Of a DNA stretch of 64,000 bases, positions 10,018 through 19,269 are shown piece by piece. Location of the stretch: the sequence record NZ_CP044080.1. One strand, given 5' to 3'. The stretch is from a plasmid. The position numbers and the translations under genes were made by a program. Under the pieces are notes generated by a model. It was not told the origin of the DNA. It saw only the letters and a list, made by a program, of their open reading frames with translations, and did no database searches. Position 1 is the first letter of the stretch. Each line of letters begins with the position of its first letter.

Positions 10018-11202
10018 TCAGGCGACTTCGGCAGGCGTCGGCGCGGGTTGTGCCGCCGCTGCAATGTCCTCGAGCCAAGCCACGGGCTTGAGGCCGGTAC
10101 CGCGCAGGAATTCGATGTAGCGGGCGCATTTCATGGCCCGGAAACGGTCGTATTCCGCGCCGTCGAACTTGACGAGCTGCTTGAGCCGCGCACGGGTCAG
10201 GGGCTGCTTGAGGTCCTGGGCCCGCAGATAGGGCACCCCGGTTTCGCGGCACATCTCTTCGGTGCGGGTGTCGATGGTGACGGTGCAGGCCATGCGTTCC
10301 GCCTGGATCGCCAACTGCGCCCCATGGAAGCGCGGGCCGATCAGCAGATCATGGCGGCGCAGCTCGTCCATCCAGGCAGCCACATCGTAATAGGATCGCG
10401 CATAGTTCCGCGCCCAGTCCTTGAACTGGTCGAGGGTGTAATGGGGGACGGTGTGGCGGTGGATGCGAGCCAGGGCATCGGGCTCGATCTCGTCGAACAA
10501 CCCGCGCGAGATCTTGATCATGTTGCCCATCGACTGGACGATGTAGACGCCGGGGAACTGCGGGTCCATCATCATGGCGATCAGCTGCTGCTCGATCTCA
10601 CGCGTGTCGCGCCAGCTTTCGTGCCCACCTGCGACGGTGATCCGCTGCGGCAGGGGGTTCGCCTCCCAGTTCGCCTGGATGCGGCGCCCCAGGTCGGGCC
10701 GGGGGTTGATGAAATGGGAAGGGCAGCCGTTCGCCAGAGTATCGGCGCCGGTCAGCTTCTTGATCTGTTCCGAGGTGTAGGGGCCCCGGGTATAGATGTT
10801 CTGGATGCCGTGCTTGCGCCCGTTCTCGATCAGAACGTCAAGCCAGGCGCGGGTGCCCTCGGTCAGCTCGACGTCTGCGCCGAACTCTGGTGCCTGCGCA
10901 CCAAGCCCGATGGCGACGATGGGCTTTTCGACCTGCGCCAAATTTTTGGCCAGCCCACCCAACTCAGTGTGCTTGCCAAGCTGGTTAGCGCCGGGAAAAA
11001 CAACGAAGTCGACGCGCTCGTTCAGAACCTCTCGCTTGGTATGCCAAGGGAAATACTCGATCTCGGCATCAATCTGGCTTTTGATAGCATGAACAAAAGC
11101 CAAGTTGCCGTTGTTGTGCCCGACTTGCCTGTAAAGGGTGTTGAAATTGGTGTTCGCGTAAAGCCCGCAGTTTTCGCTTTCCCACAAAAGGCCGATCTTC
11201 AT
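10018..11202 (-). CDS. Polysaccharide pyruvyl-transferase-like protein (tentative family assignment, 394 aa)
   Basis: ATG at 11202 with an AAGGAG RBS 8 nt upstream. The N-terminus MKIGLLW...NNGNLAFVHAI loosely resembles the CsaB/WcaK-type pyruvyl transferase N-termini. The 5-prime ~300 nt are only ~50-58% GC, against ~67% for the surrounding DNA. Confidence 0.4.
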   Translation of the reverse strand: MKIGLLWESENCGLYANTNFNTLYRQVGHNNGNLAFVHAIKSQIDAEIEYFPWHTKREVLNERVDFVVFPGANQLGKHTELGGLAKNLAQVEKPIVAIGLGAQAPEFGADVELTEGTRAWLDVLIENGRKHGIQNIYTRGPYTSEQIKKLTGADTLANGCPSHFINPRPDLGRRIQANWEANPLPQRITVAGGHESWRDTREIEQQLIAMMMDPQFPGVYIVQSMGNMIKISRGLFDEIEPDALARIHRHTVPHYTLDQFKDWARNYARSYYDVAAWMDELRRHDLLIGPRFHGAQLAIQAERMACTVTIDTRTEEMCRETGVPYLRAQDLKQPLTRARLKQLVKFDGAEYDRFRAMKCARYIEFLRGTGLKPVAWLEDIAAAAQPAPTPAEVA

Positions 11203-11302
11203 TCTCGCGTCTCCTTATAGATTGCGATCCGGGTTGCCGTGGCGCGCGTCGCCAGCGGTTGCTTTATTGTTTTGAATTGCCATCTCACCCGATTCCGGAC
11301 CT

Positions 11303-12559
11303 TCACGCCGCCCCCTCGCGCAGGACCCGCGCCGGGGTCAAGCCGCAGGCCTCCACCCACTCGGCGTGGAAGCCAGCAAGGTCCAGCGGCGGGGTGATCC
11401 GGGCCTTGTGGTCGCGCAGCACATCGGGGCGGGCGTGGACCGACAAAATCGCCTGGGCCAGCGACGCGGGGTCGGCGGTGCGGAACGGGATGCCCCAGCC
11501 TGCGGTCTTCTCGGCCATGCCGCCGATGTCCGAGGCGATCATGGGCGTGACCGCCGCGCGCGCCTCCTGGATCACCACGGGGCTGTTCTCCCACCACACC
11601 GAGGGAATGACGATCCAGCCGTAGCCCCGCATGATGTCGACGCAATCCTGCGGGCGATAGCGGCCGCGAAAGCGCACACAGTCGGGAATTTCCAGCTTGG
11701 GCCAGAGCCGGGTGAAGCCTTCTTCGTCGACGCCGTGGATCTCGATGTCCAGGGGCACCTCGGTCTCGGGCATGCCGGCCTCGATCAGGGCGGCAGCCCG
11801 GATCAGCACGTCCAGGCCCTTGGTCGGCGTGGCCTGGCCGAAGAAGGCGAAGCGGCCGGACTTGGCCAGCAGCTCGGCCTCGGTCTCGGGGGGGTATTCG
11901 GCGTGGTGGTCCAGGCCGTTCTCGATCACCGCGATGCGGCCGGGCGCGATGCCCCAGTCCTCGAAGCGGTCGCGCAGGAACTCGCTGGGCGACAACAGGT
12001 GGTCGAACAGGTCCAGCATCTCGATCATGCGCGCCTTGCGCAGCACGAAATCGACCGGCGGCCGGCCGAGGCAGGCTGCGCAGGCCACCTCGGCCGAGGC
12101 ATGGCACAGTTCGCCCGAACGCTTGACCATCTGGCCGTGATTGGCGCAGATCGCCGTCAACTCGTGCAGGGTGCAGATGAACCGCGCCTTGGGCAGGGCC
12201 GCGCGAAGCCGCCGGATGGTGCCCGCGCCGATGTTCCAGAAATGATGAAAGTGATAGACCTCGGCCTGGAAGGCGGACAGGAATTCGACGATCCAGTCCT
12301 CGTCCTCGATCCGGGCCTGCTCCATCTGGAAGGCGTCCATGCCGCGCCCCTGCAGGCAGAAGTCGCGCGGGTCGAAGCTGATGACCTGCTGGCCGGGGCC
12401 GAAGAACTTGGCGCTGTCCTCGGGACCGATGGTCGAGCCGACGAAATAGGCGTCCTCGCCCAGGGACAGCAGGTGCTGGAACTGGCGATAGGCCGCAACT
12501 TCGCCGCCGCCGTAGCGCAGGTTCGGGTGGGAATGGGATACAACGACGATCCGGGTCAT
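11303..12559 (-). CDS. Glycosyltransferase family 4 (GT-B fold, 418 aa)
   Basis: ATG at 12559 (MTRIVVVSHSHPNLRYGGGEVAAY...). The C-terminus carries the GT1/GT4 signature region FFGQATPTKGLDVL...ENSPVVIQEARAAVTPMIASDIGGMAE. The start overlaps the upstream ORF stop as ATGA. Confidence 0.75.
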   Translation of the reverse strand: MTRIVVVSHSHPNLRYGGGEVAAYRQFQHLLSLGEDAYFVGSTIGPEDSAKFFGPGQQVISFDPRDFCLQGRGMDAFQMEQARIEDEDWIVEFLSAFQAEVYHFHHFWNIGAGTIRRLRAALPKARFICTLHELTAICANHGQMVKRSGELCHASAEVACAACLGRPPVDFVLRKARMIEMLDLFDHLLSPSEFLRDRFEDWGIAPGRIAVIENGLDHHAEYPPETEAELLAKSGRFAFFGQATPTKGLDVLIRAAALIEAGMPETEVPLDIEIHGVDEEGFTRLWPKLEIPDCVRFRGRYRPQDCVDIMRGYGWIVIPSVWWENSPVVIQEARAAVTPMIASDIGGMAEKTAGWGIPFRTADPASLAQAILSVHARPDVLRDHKARITPPLDLAGFHAEWVEACGLTPARVLREGAA

Positions 12560-14115
12560 GCGGCAGACAACGCCTCCATCAAAGCGCGGCTTTCCGCGTC
12601 GAACGTGTGCAGGTCCAGCCCGCCGGGCAGGGGCTGGTTCAGGGGGCCGGATTTGCCCGCGAAATGCCGCGTCGGGGCGAGCCCCTCGGCATGGGCCGCG
12701 CCGGCGCCCAGCAGGTGGCGCGCGATGTCGCGCAGACGCGCCTCCTCGGTCAGGTAGGCGCGCGGAGCCTGGGCCAGCAGCGGCCTCAGCAGGGCGGTCG
12801 GCGCGCTGAGCGCGAAGGCCAGCTGGTCGCGCAGGAAGCGCTGCCCGGGATCGCCCCCCGCCACGGCAAAGATCGGGTCCAGGATCGACAGCTGCACCGG
12901 CTGGCGCCGCAGGGTCGCGTCGAACACGCGCGCATCCTCGTCCAGCTGGAACAGGGTCGAACTGCGGCCGTAAAGCGCCAGTTCGGCCATCGGCGCCTCG
13001 CGGTCCAGCGCCATGCCGGTGCCGCGCAGGACCAGCCCCTGGGGCAGGTCGCGCTGCGCGCCCTCGACCGCGGCGGCCAGGGAACGGGTCAGGCCGGGGC
13101 GCAGCAGGAACAGTTCGAGCGGCCGGTCCAGCCGCAGGCCCACGCGGCGCAGCACATCTCGCAGGTCCGCATCCGGCAGATCGTGGTCCAGGACCAGCAG
13201 CACCCGACCCGCCCGAACCGGCGCCACCCCGGACGGCGGCTGCCAGGCGGGCAGAGGCTCCAGCATGGCGCGGCGCAAGCGCGTCTGGCGGGTGGGGTCG
13301 GGCAGTTCCAGCTGGACCTGACAGGTCTGGATCGCCAGCGCGGCCGCGGGGGTGGGTTCGGCGGCGACAAGGACGCCCGCGGCGGCATGCTGGCCAGGGA
13401 TCAGGAACAGCACGCGCACCGGGCCGCTGGCAGGCTCGGCCAGAAGGAAGCTGCCGCAGAACCCGTCCGTCCCGCTGAAGCGATAGCGCGTGGCATAGGG
13501 TTGCAGGTCCGCGCGCGGCAGCGCACCGGGCATCAGTTCGACCCGGCACAGCTGCCGGTCGTCCATGGCCAGGGCGGTCAGCGCCTCGGTCTGGCCCTGG
13601 GCCGGCATGAACCAGCCCGAAACCAGCCCCTGCCCCGCCTCGCCCACCAGGCAGCGGTCGGTACCCAGACCGAAATCGTCGCTTTCGCGCGCGAGCAGCG
13701 GCGCAAAGCGCAGCCGGGTCATCACCGCCTGCGCCGTCTCGCCCTTGGGCGCGGTCAGCGTGCCCTGCCCGACAAGGCGCAGCCAGGCGAAGAAGACCTC
13801 GTCCACGCCGACCTCGATCAGGCGCAGCTCGTCCGTCACCAGCCGTTCGGGCGAAAGCTCGGTGAACTCGTGCCCGGTCCTGAGATGGATCGCGGCGTTT
13901 CCGGGCAGGTCCAGCCCGCCAAGGTCGAAGACCGCCAGATACCCCATCGGCTCGGCCGTGCGCAGGTCGCGCCGGGCATGGCGCGTGACCAGCACGGGCG
14001 ACAGCCGCGCATCCTCGGCATGAAGTTCGAGGTCAAGCCAGGGGTCTGCGCTCCAGCCTGCCAGGACAAGGATGGCCCGGGCGTCGGCAAAGCAGAAATC
14101 CATGTTCAGGCCCAT
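12556..14115 (-). CDS. Hypothetical protein (~519 aa) inside the glycosyltransferase operon
   Basis: A long ORF with protein-like composition. ATG at 14115 is preceded by AAGGAG 7 nt upstream. The in-frame upstream extension in the ORF track is R/G/P-rich junk. I recognised no family. Confidence 0.5.
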   Translation of the reverse strand: MGLNMDFCFADARAILVLAGWSADPWLDLELHAEDARLSPVLVTRHARRDLRTAEPMGYLAVFDLGGLDLPGNAAIHLRTGHEFTELSPERLVTDELRLIEVGVDEVFFAWLRLVGQGTLTAPKGETAQAVMTRLRFAPLLARESDDFGLGTDRCLVGEAGQGLVSGWFMPAQGQTEALTALAMDDRQLCRVELMPGALPRADLQPYATRYRFSGTDGFCGSFLLAEPASGPVRVLFLIPGQHAAAGVLVAAEPTPAAALAIQTCQVQLELPDPTRQTRLRRAMLEPLPAWQPPSGVAPVRAGRVLLVLDHDLPDADLRDVLRRVGLRLDRPLELFLLRPGLTRSLAAAVEGAQRDLPQGLVLRGTGMALDREAPMAELALYGRSSTLFQLDEDARVFDATLRRQPVQLSILDPIFAVAGGDPGQRFLRDQLAFALSAPTALLRPLLAQAPRAYLTEEARLRDIARHLLGAGAAHAEGLAPTRHFAGKSGPLNQPLPGGLDLHTFDAESRALMEALSAA

Positions 14116-14168
14116 GTCCAGGCTCCTTCCGTCGGGCAAGGCCATGCCGGGGCATGGCCGTGCCGGGT

Positions 14169-14726
14169 TCAGATCAGGGTCAGCGCCAGACCGCTCAGGA
14201 CCAGCCGCTGGGCCGGTTGGCGCAGGTGGATGATGACGCGGCGGCCGGTCGCCTCCTCGTCCGCGGCGGGCAGGTCCAGGCTGCACAGCGACACGGAATC
14301 CTGCTGGATGCGCCATTCGACATGGCCGCTGTCCTGCGCCTCGCCCTCGGCATCGAAGCTGCGCAGGAAGACATCGGCGACCAGCGGCACCTCGCCATGG
14401 GCCTGACATTCGATGAAGCATTTGCGCGCGATGACGCCATCGGGCAGCGGCGCTTCCAGCGTCATCCACTGCAGGCCGGCGCTGCGCAGTTCGACGGCAT
14501 GGGCATCGCTGGCCACGGGCAGCACGTCGCAGCGCGTCCCGCCGGGAACGCAGGCGCCAAAGGCGGCGGTGACGGTGTTGTAGCCGCCCGACAGGCTAAG
14601 CTTGGGCCGGCCGACCATGGCGGCATGGACCTCGGCCACGAGGTCCAGCCGGTTGGATTGCAACGCGGTCAGGACCGCGGCGGCGGCTTCGTAATTGCGA
14701 ACCGCAGCAGCGTAGATCGTCGTCAA
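14169..14726 (-). CDS. Hypothetical protein (185 aa)
   Basis: ORF between the GT2-GT4 fusion gene and the 519-aa ORF. Its stop at 14169 lies 53 bp before the next start, and its start overlaps the end of the upstream GT gene (14723) by 4 nt. I recognised no family. Confidence 0.4.
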   Translation of the reverse strand: MTTIYAAAVRNYEAAAAVLTALQSNRLDLVAEVHAAMVGRPKLSLSGGYNTVTAAFGACVPGGTRCDVLPVASDAHAVELRSAGLQWMTLEAPLPDGVIARKCFIECQAHGEVPLVADVFLRSFDAEGEAQDSGHVEWRIQQDSVSLCSLDLPAADEEATGRRVIIHLRQPAQRLVLSGLALTLI

Positions 14727-17344
14727 TTTGATTTCCTTCCATGCGTTTCAGGAAAAGTCTGCTGATCGCCGCAGACAGGCGCCTCCCATTTCGTGCCGAG
14801 CCAGGCCAGCAGCGGGGCGGCGGCATCGGCCCAGTCGCGCGATCCCGAGGCCACGGCACCGGCCGACACCGCCCGCAGCCGCGCACGGTCCCGGTCGAGA
14901 TCCAGAACAAGGCGCACGAAGGCGTCCTCGCAGCCATCCTCGGGCAGGATGAAACCATCGACGCCGTCGCGGATCGCCTCGCGCATGGCGCCGACATCGG
15001 TCGCCAGCACCACCACCCCCAGCCGCTGCGCCTCGAGAACCGACAGCGGCAGCCCTTCGTAATGCGAAGGCAGGATCATCACGTCGGTGTCCGCCAGAAG
15101 CGCGGTCAGCGCATCGGGGCCGCGCACGGCGCCCAGCATCCGCACCTGCGGCGGAAAGGCCAGGTCGGCGGGCGCATCGACGACCGCCTGACCCGCGACG
15201 GAAAGCCGCATGTCCGGGGCATGCCGCGCCAGATCGCCCAGGATCGCGGCCAGCCGGTGGACGCCCTTTTGCGGGTCCAGCCGGCCCATGAACAGCACGC
15301 GCAGCGGCCCGTCGCCCGGTCGGGTGGCACGGTCGTCCAAGGCCTTCGCAAGCCGATCCGCCTTCAGCGGATAGCCGGGCGCATTGACCAGCGGGCACAG
15401 CTTGCGGCGCGGCATCCCCTGGGCGTTCAGCCAGTGGGCCAGCGTCCTCGAACAGGTCAGCACCAGGTCGTAGGCGTGCTCATAGGCCAGCGCCAGCTTG
15501 GGCGGGCCATAGTTGCGGCCGTAGGTGCTGCGCTCGACCAGATGCTCGTGGTCGATCATCAGGATGCCCTGCTGGCGCAGCCGGCCGGCGACCTTGTGCA
15601 GCGCCGCCGAATGGGCGTTGATGACCGCATCCATCGACGACAGCAGCCCCGCAAGATCGGCGCGCTCGGTGCCGTTGCCCCAGCTGGGCTCGGCCGTGCC
15701 CAGGTATTCGGGGCCCGACCAGTCCAGGGTCGAGGCGTCGGGCAGCCAGCTGACCGTGGCGAAGGGCTCAAGCGCCCAGGCGTCGGAATGGATCGGGCGG
15801 TCGCTGGCGATGAACAGGTGCAGCCGGTGCCCCGCCGCCGCCAGTTCGCGCGCCAGGCTTGCCGCGACCTTTTCCACTCCGCCGAAATCGAAGATCGGCA
15901 GGACCATCCCGATGTCCTTGCGGCCGGGCTGTTTCAGCAGCGGAAAGACGATGCCGCCCGAAACGGCCTTGCGCGGGATCTCGACCGCCATCGCGCGGCT
16001 TGCCGCGCCGCCGGTCTCGCGCCAGTTCCAGCTTTGGTCCAGCGCCGGACGATAGCGGCTGCGGTGCAGCGCGACCAGAAAGCCGCGCATCACCTCGGCG
16101 GCGCTGTCGCTGTCGGGACGGGCGGCGCGCCCGTCCGCCACCTCGAGCCCCCAGCTTGTCACGGGATGGGGACAGGGTGTCCGGTCGATCTCGCGCGCCC
16201 AGGCGGCATCGGTTTCCAGCAGGATGCGGCGCAGGCCCTGCATCGACAGGACCGCCCCGTCCGACGGGCGGTCGGGATTGCCCAGGTCGCTGTGGACCGC
16301 ATGGCCCGCGTCCGAAGCGTCCAGGAAGAACAGGTCCACGTCGCCCGGCCATTCCAGCCGCGCCTGCCGCCGTTCGCAGTTCCACAGGAAGCCGTGCAGC
16401 AACCGGGCCTGGGCCAGCCGGGCACGGGTGCCGTCGCGCAGAAAGATCAGGACGGCGGGCGCGTGGTTGCGGTGGGGATCGGCCAGATGGGCAAAGATCC
16501 GGCGCTCAAGCTCGGCCAGGGGAACGCTTTTGCCCTGGTCGGGGTCCGTGCACAGAAAGGCCTGACCGCCCTCGACCAGCGCATAGCGGGGAAAGCGCGC
16601 CGCCTCGAGCGCCAGAAGCGCGGGACAGGAAAACAGCCAGCGGTGCTTTTGTTCCAGAAAGCGACGCAGTTCGCCGTCGCGGTCGTGGGAACCGGCCAGC
16701 ATGCTGGCGGGACGCTTGCGGTACAGCAGCACCGGCTCGGCAAAGGGCTGGCCCCGGAACCCGCGGCTGGCGGCCGACAGCCAGAAATCCCAGTCCTCGT
16801 AGCCCTGCTTCATCGTCTCGTCAAAGCGCAGCCCGGCGTCCAGCACCCGGCGGCGGATCAGGCTGCCGGCCTCGCACAGGTTGACATGGGCGTGAAACAG
16901 CAGGTCCGGTTCGCGGTCGGTGACGTAATGGCCCTTTTGGCCGAAGAAGTCGAAATCGGGATAGAACCAGTCCCGGTCGGGGTGGCGCGCCAGCGCACGG
17001 CCGAACGCGGCGCCCGCGCCCGCCGCCAGGACGTTGTCGGCATCCAGCAGCAGCACGGCCGCGATGTCCTGATCCAGCGCCAGCGCGGCGTCGATCCCGC
17101 AGTTGCGCGCGGTGCTGAGCCCGCCGTTCGGCACATGCAGCGCCGCCATGCGCTCGCCCAGCAGCGCCTGCCAGCTTGCGATGCTGGTCATGGTCTCGTC
17201 ATGCTCGCAGCCGTCATTGACCACGACCAGCCGACGGATGGTGCCGCTGGCCATTTCGCGATGCACCGCGCCGATGGCGTCGTCCAGCAGAACGGGATGG
17301 CCCCAGACCGGGATGACGACGCTGACCTGGTCGCGCGGGCTCAT
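14723..17344 (-). CDS. Two-domain glycosyltransferase: N-terminal GT2 (GT-A) and C-terminal GT4 (873 aa)
   Basis: ATG at 17344 (MSPRDQVSVVIPVWGHPVLLDDAI...NDGCEHDET...LLLDADNVL) is GT2-like with a DxD motif. The C-terminal third (RVLFMGRLDPQKGVHRL...LPSHYEGLPLSVLEAQRLGVVVLATDVGAMRE) is GT4-like. The start overlaps the stop of the upstream ORF as ATGA. The ORF-track version, 14723..18271, carries a junk N-terminal extension. Confidence 0.75.
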   Translation of the reverse strand: MSPRDQVSVVIPVWGHPVLLDDAIGAVHREMASGTIRRLVVVNDGCEHDETMTSIASWQALLGERMAALHVPNGGLSTARNCGIDAALALDQDIAAVLLLDADNVLAAGAGAAFGRALARHPDRDWFYPDFDFFGQKGHYVTDREPDLLFHAHVNLCEAGSLIRRRVLDAGLRFDETMKQGYEDWDFWLSAASRGFRGQPFAEPVLLYRKRPASMLAGSHDRDGELRRFLEQKHRWLFSCPALLALEAARFPRYALVEGGQAFLCTDPDQGKSVPLAELERRIFAHLADPHRNHAPAVLIFLRDGTRARLAQARLLHGFLWNCERRQARLEWPGDVDLFFLDASDAGHAVHSDLGNPDRPSDGAVLSMQGLRRILLETDAAWAREIDRTPCPHPVTSWGLEVADGRAARPDSDSAAEVMRGFLVALHRSRYRPALDQSWNWRETGGAASRAMAVEIPRKAVSGGIVFPLLKQPGRKDIGMVLPIFDFGGVEKVAASLARELAAAGHRLHLFIASDRPIHSDAWALEPFATVSWLPDASTLDWSGPEYLGTAEPSWGNGTERADLAGLLSSMDAVINAHSAALHKVAGRLRQQGILMIDHEHLVERSTYGRNYGPPKLALAYEHAYDLVLTCSRTLAHWLNAQGMPRRKLCPLVNAPGYPLKADRLAKALDDRATRPGDGPLRVLFMGRLDPQKGVHRLAAILGDLARHAPDMRLSVAGQAVVDAPADLAFPPQVRMLGAVRGPDALTALLADTDVMILPSHYEGLPLSVLEAQRLGVVVLATDVGAMREAIRDGVDGFILPEDGCEDAFVRLVLDLDRDRARLRAVSAGAVASGSRDWADAAAPLLAWLGTKWEAPVCGDQQTFPETHGRKSN

Positions 17345-18690
17345 TGCAGCAGCGCCGCGTTTCCGCCGCGGCTGGCAATGCGAAAGCCGCGGAACAGCCC
17401 CCAGCTCATGTCGTTCGGGCCGTCCGTCGCCAGCGAGGCCGCCAGCAGGATATCGGCCCGCCCCTCGATCCGCTCCTGCGGGATGCAATGGGCCTGCGCC
17501 CAGCCGTGCGGCGGCAGGCCATGCACCCAGGGGCCCATGCGGCGCTGCCAGAAACCGTCTTCGTCCACCCGGCCATGCGGGGCAACGCCGACGGCAAAGT
17601 TCAGACTGGGCGCGCGCGGATGGCCGACGTTGACCAGGGCCGAGATATGGGACATCGACGGCAGATCCACGTCGCGGATGATGGCGCAGACCGGCCCCTG
17701 GCGCGAGGGGTGGACCATGACCGCGTCCTCGTTTTCCCAGAAGGCGGCCGAGATGTGGTCCTGGGCCTGCGGCGGAACCGCGAACAGTTCGGGCCGAGGC
17801 AACAGCGCGGGCGAAACGAAGCCCGCCTCGTCGACCAGGGCGGCGCCTTGCACCTCGGCCGGCAGACGGACACCGGGCAGGCCCTTCCAGACCCGCAGCG
17901 CAAGCACCTGTTCGCACGCCGGACCCTTGGGAAGCCGCAGGGCGAAGCGCTGATCGGGGACGGCATGGCCCAGGCCCAGCGACAGCGGCACCGAACCCTT
18001 CCAGTCCAGCCGCAGCATGCAGTCGCGCTCGACCCCGCCGATCGGCTGGTCGGGCTGCAAGCGCAGCCAGCCCGCGCCGGCCCCGCCCTCGGCCGGGCGC
18101 AGCGCATGGGACACGCCGGCCGCATCGACCAGCGCCGCCTGCAGCCCCTGGGCGTTCGTGCCCTGCGGCAGCCACAGATCGACCGCCGCGATGCAGGCGA
18201 TGCTGAGCGGCAGAACCTGTTCGGCCACCGAGCGCGGCTCGATCCGGGCGATCTGGCCGACCGGCTCCCACGACAGGGATTTCATATAGCGGGGATTGCC
18301 CAGGCTATACATGAAATCCTCGACCGCTTTCAGGCTTTCCTCCAGCGCGTTATTCTCGTTCCGCAGAATCGAGGCGGCGAGTCGGGCCGATCCGGCATCG
18401 CTTTCGACCGAATTCATCTGATCCAGCAGCAGGCCGATAATATCGGCGGCCAGTTTCTTCTGATTGCGGGGATCGAATTCCAGCCGGGGCAGCATCTGCA
18501 AGGCGGCCGGCAGCGCGGGCATCTTGGCGGCCGCGCCTTTTCCCGTGATGACGCCCGCGGGACGGCGGCCGTCCAGACGTCGAATCGCGGCCATTCCGTC
18601 CGACAATCCAACACATTCAACGCAATCGGCAGGCATGATCGCGGCGATCTGGTCGCGCAGACCCTCCTGGACGAAAAACACGGCGCGCAT
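17341..18690 (-). CDS. Hypothetical protein (449 aa), first gene of the glycosyltransferase operon
   Basis: ATG at 18690. The composition is protein-like and the N-terminal region looks coiled-coil-like (LAADIIGLLLDQMNSVESDAGSARLAASILRNENNALEESLKAVEDFMYSL). It is translationally coupled to the GT2-GT4 gene. I recognised no family. Confidence 0.45.
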   Translation of the reverse strand: MRAVFFVQEGLRDQIAAIMPADCVECVGLSDGMAAIRRLDGRRPAGVITGKGAAAKMPALPAALQMLPRLEFDPRNQKKLAADIIGLLLDQMNSVESDAGSARLAASILRNENNALEESLKAVEDFMYSLGNPRYMKSLSWEPVGQIARIEPRSVAEQVLPLSIACIAAVDLWLPQGTNAQGLQAALVDAAGVSHALRPAEGGAGAGWLRLQPDQPIGGVERDCMLRLDWKGSVPLSLGLGHAVPDQRFALRLPKGPACEQVLALRVWKGLPGVRLPAEVQGAALVDEAGFVSPALLPRPELFAVPPQAQDHISAAFWENEDAVMVHPSRQGPVCAIIRDVDLPSMSHISALVNVGHPRAPSLNFAVGVAPHGRVDEDGFWQRRMGPWVHGLPPHGWAQAHCIPQERIEGRADILLAASLATDGPNDMSWGLFRGFRIASRGGNAALLQ

Positions 18691-19269
18691 GGCTGATGAC
18701 CTTCAAAATCGGGTTTCAGACCCCTTTCGGGATCGACGGCTTGAATGTGTCGGCTGACAGACGCCCTCGCATTTCCGGCCATTTGCCAGCGCAATGCGAC
18801 GCGCTACTCGGTAATCTGGAACAAATTATCTTTTTCGACGTTTCGGCTATTTCCACGATCCGCTGCAAGGCTGATAGCGCCCTCAAAATGGTCCGTCAAC
18901 ACTGGTTAACGCAAGAATCCGCCGACATATTTGTGACATCGGTGCCTATTTCGCGTAGGAAAGATCATTATGTTTGCGCTGTTTGGAATATTGATTGGGT
19001 TAACGAAGCATATGTTCTTTTTGTCTGCGACCCTGCACCTCAATGGCGTGATCCCTGCGCGGGCAGTTGCTGCCCGAGGGTTCGGCACTGCCTGCCAGGT
19101 GCGCATCCCGCGTTAACGCGACAAGTCGGGCGCTCTGGCGACCTTTGCCAGAGCCGCCGCCCCGCCGAAACACCGGACAGCCGGGCTGTCACGCAAGCGT
19201 CGCGAAACCCGCGCCCCTGACCCGGCGTTCCCCCGGCTCAACGCGCGAGGCGCCAACCGGGGATCTGCC

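Noticed and set aside
12556-14469. In-frame upstream extension of the 519-aa hypothetical, up to 14469
   Set aside because: The extension is R/G/P-rich junk and overlaps the 185-aa ORF. The internal ATG at 14115 has an AAGGAG RBS and a hydrophilic, protein-like continuation.
14741-17953. 1070-aa plus-strand ORF
   Set aside because: It is antisense to the GT2-GT4 fusion gene. The translation is low-complexity, rich in R, G, A and Q.
18696-19220. 174-aa plus-strand ORF spanning the AT-rich intergenic region
   Set aside because: It starts 5 bp from the divergent start codon of the 449-aa ORF and has no RBS. The composition is odd and mixed (Cys/Trp-rich tail) and it runs across two compositional domains. 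It is more likely to be a chance ORF in a regulatory region.
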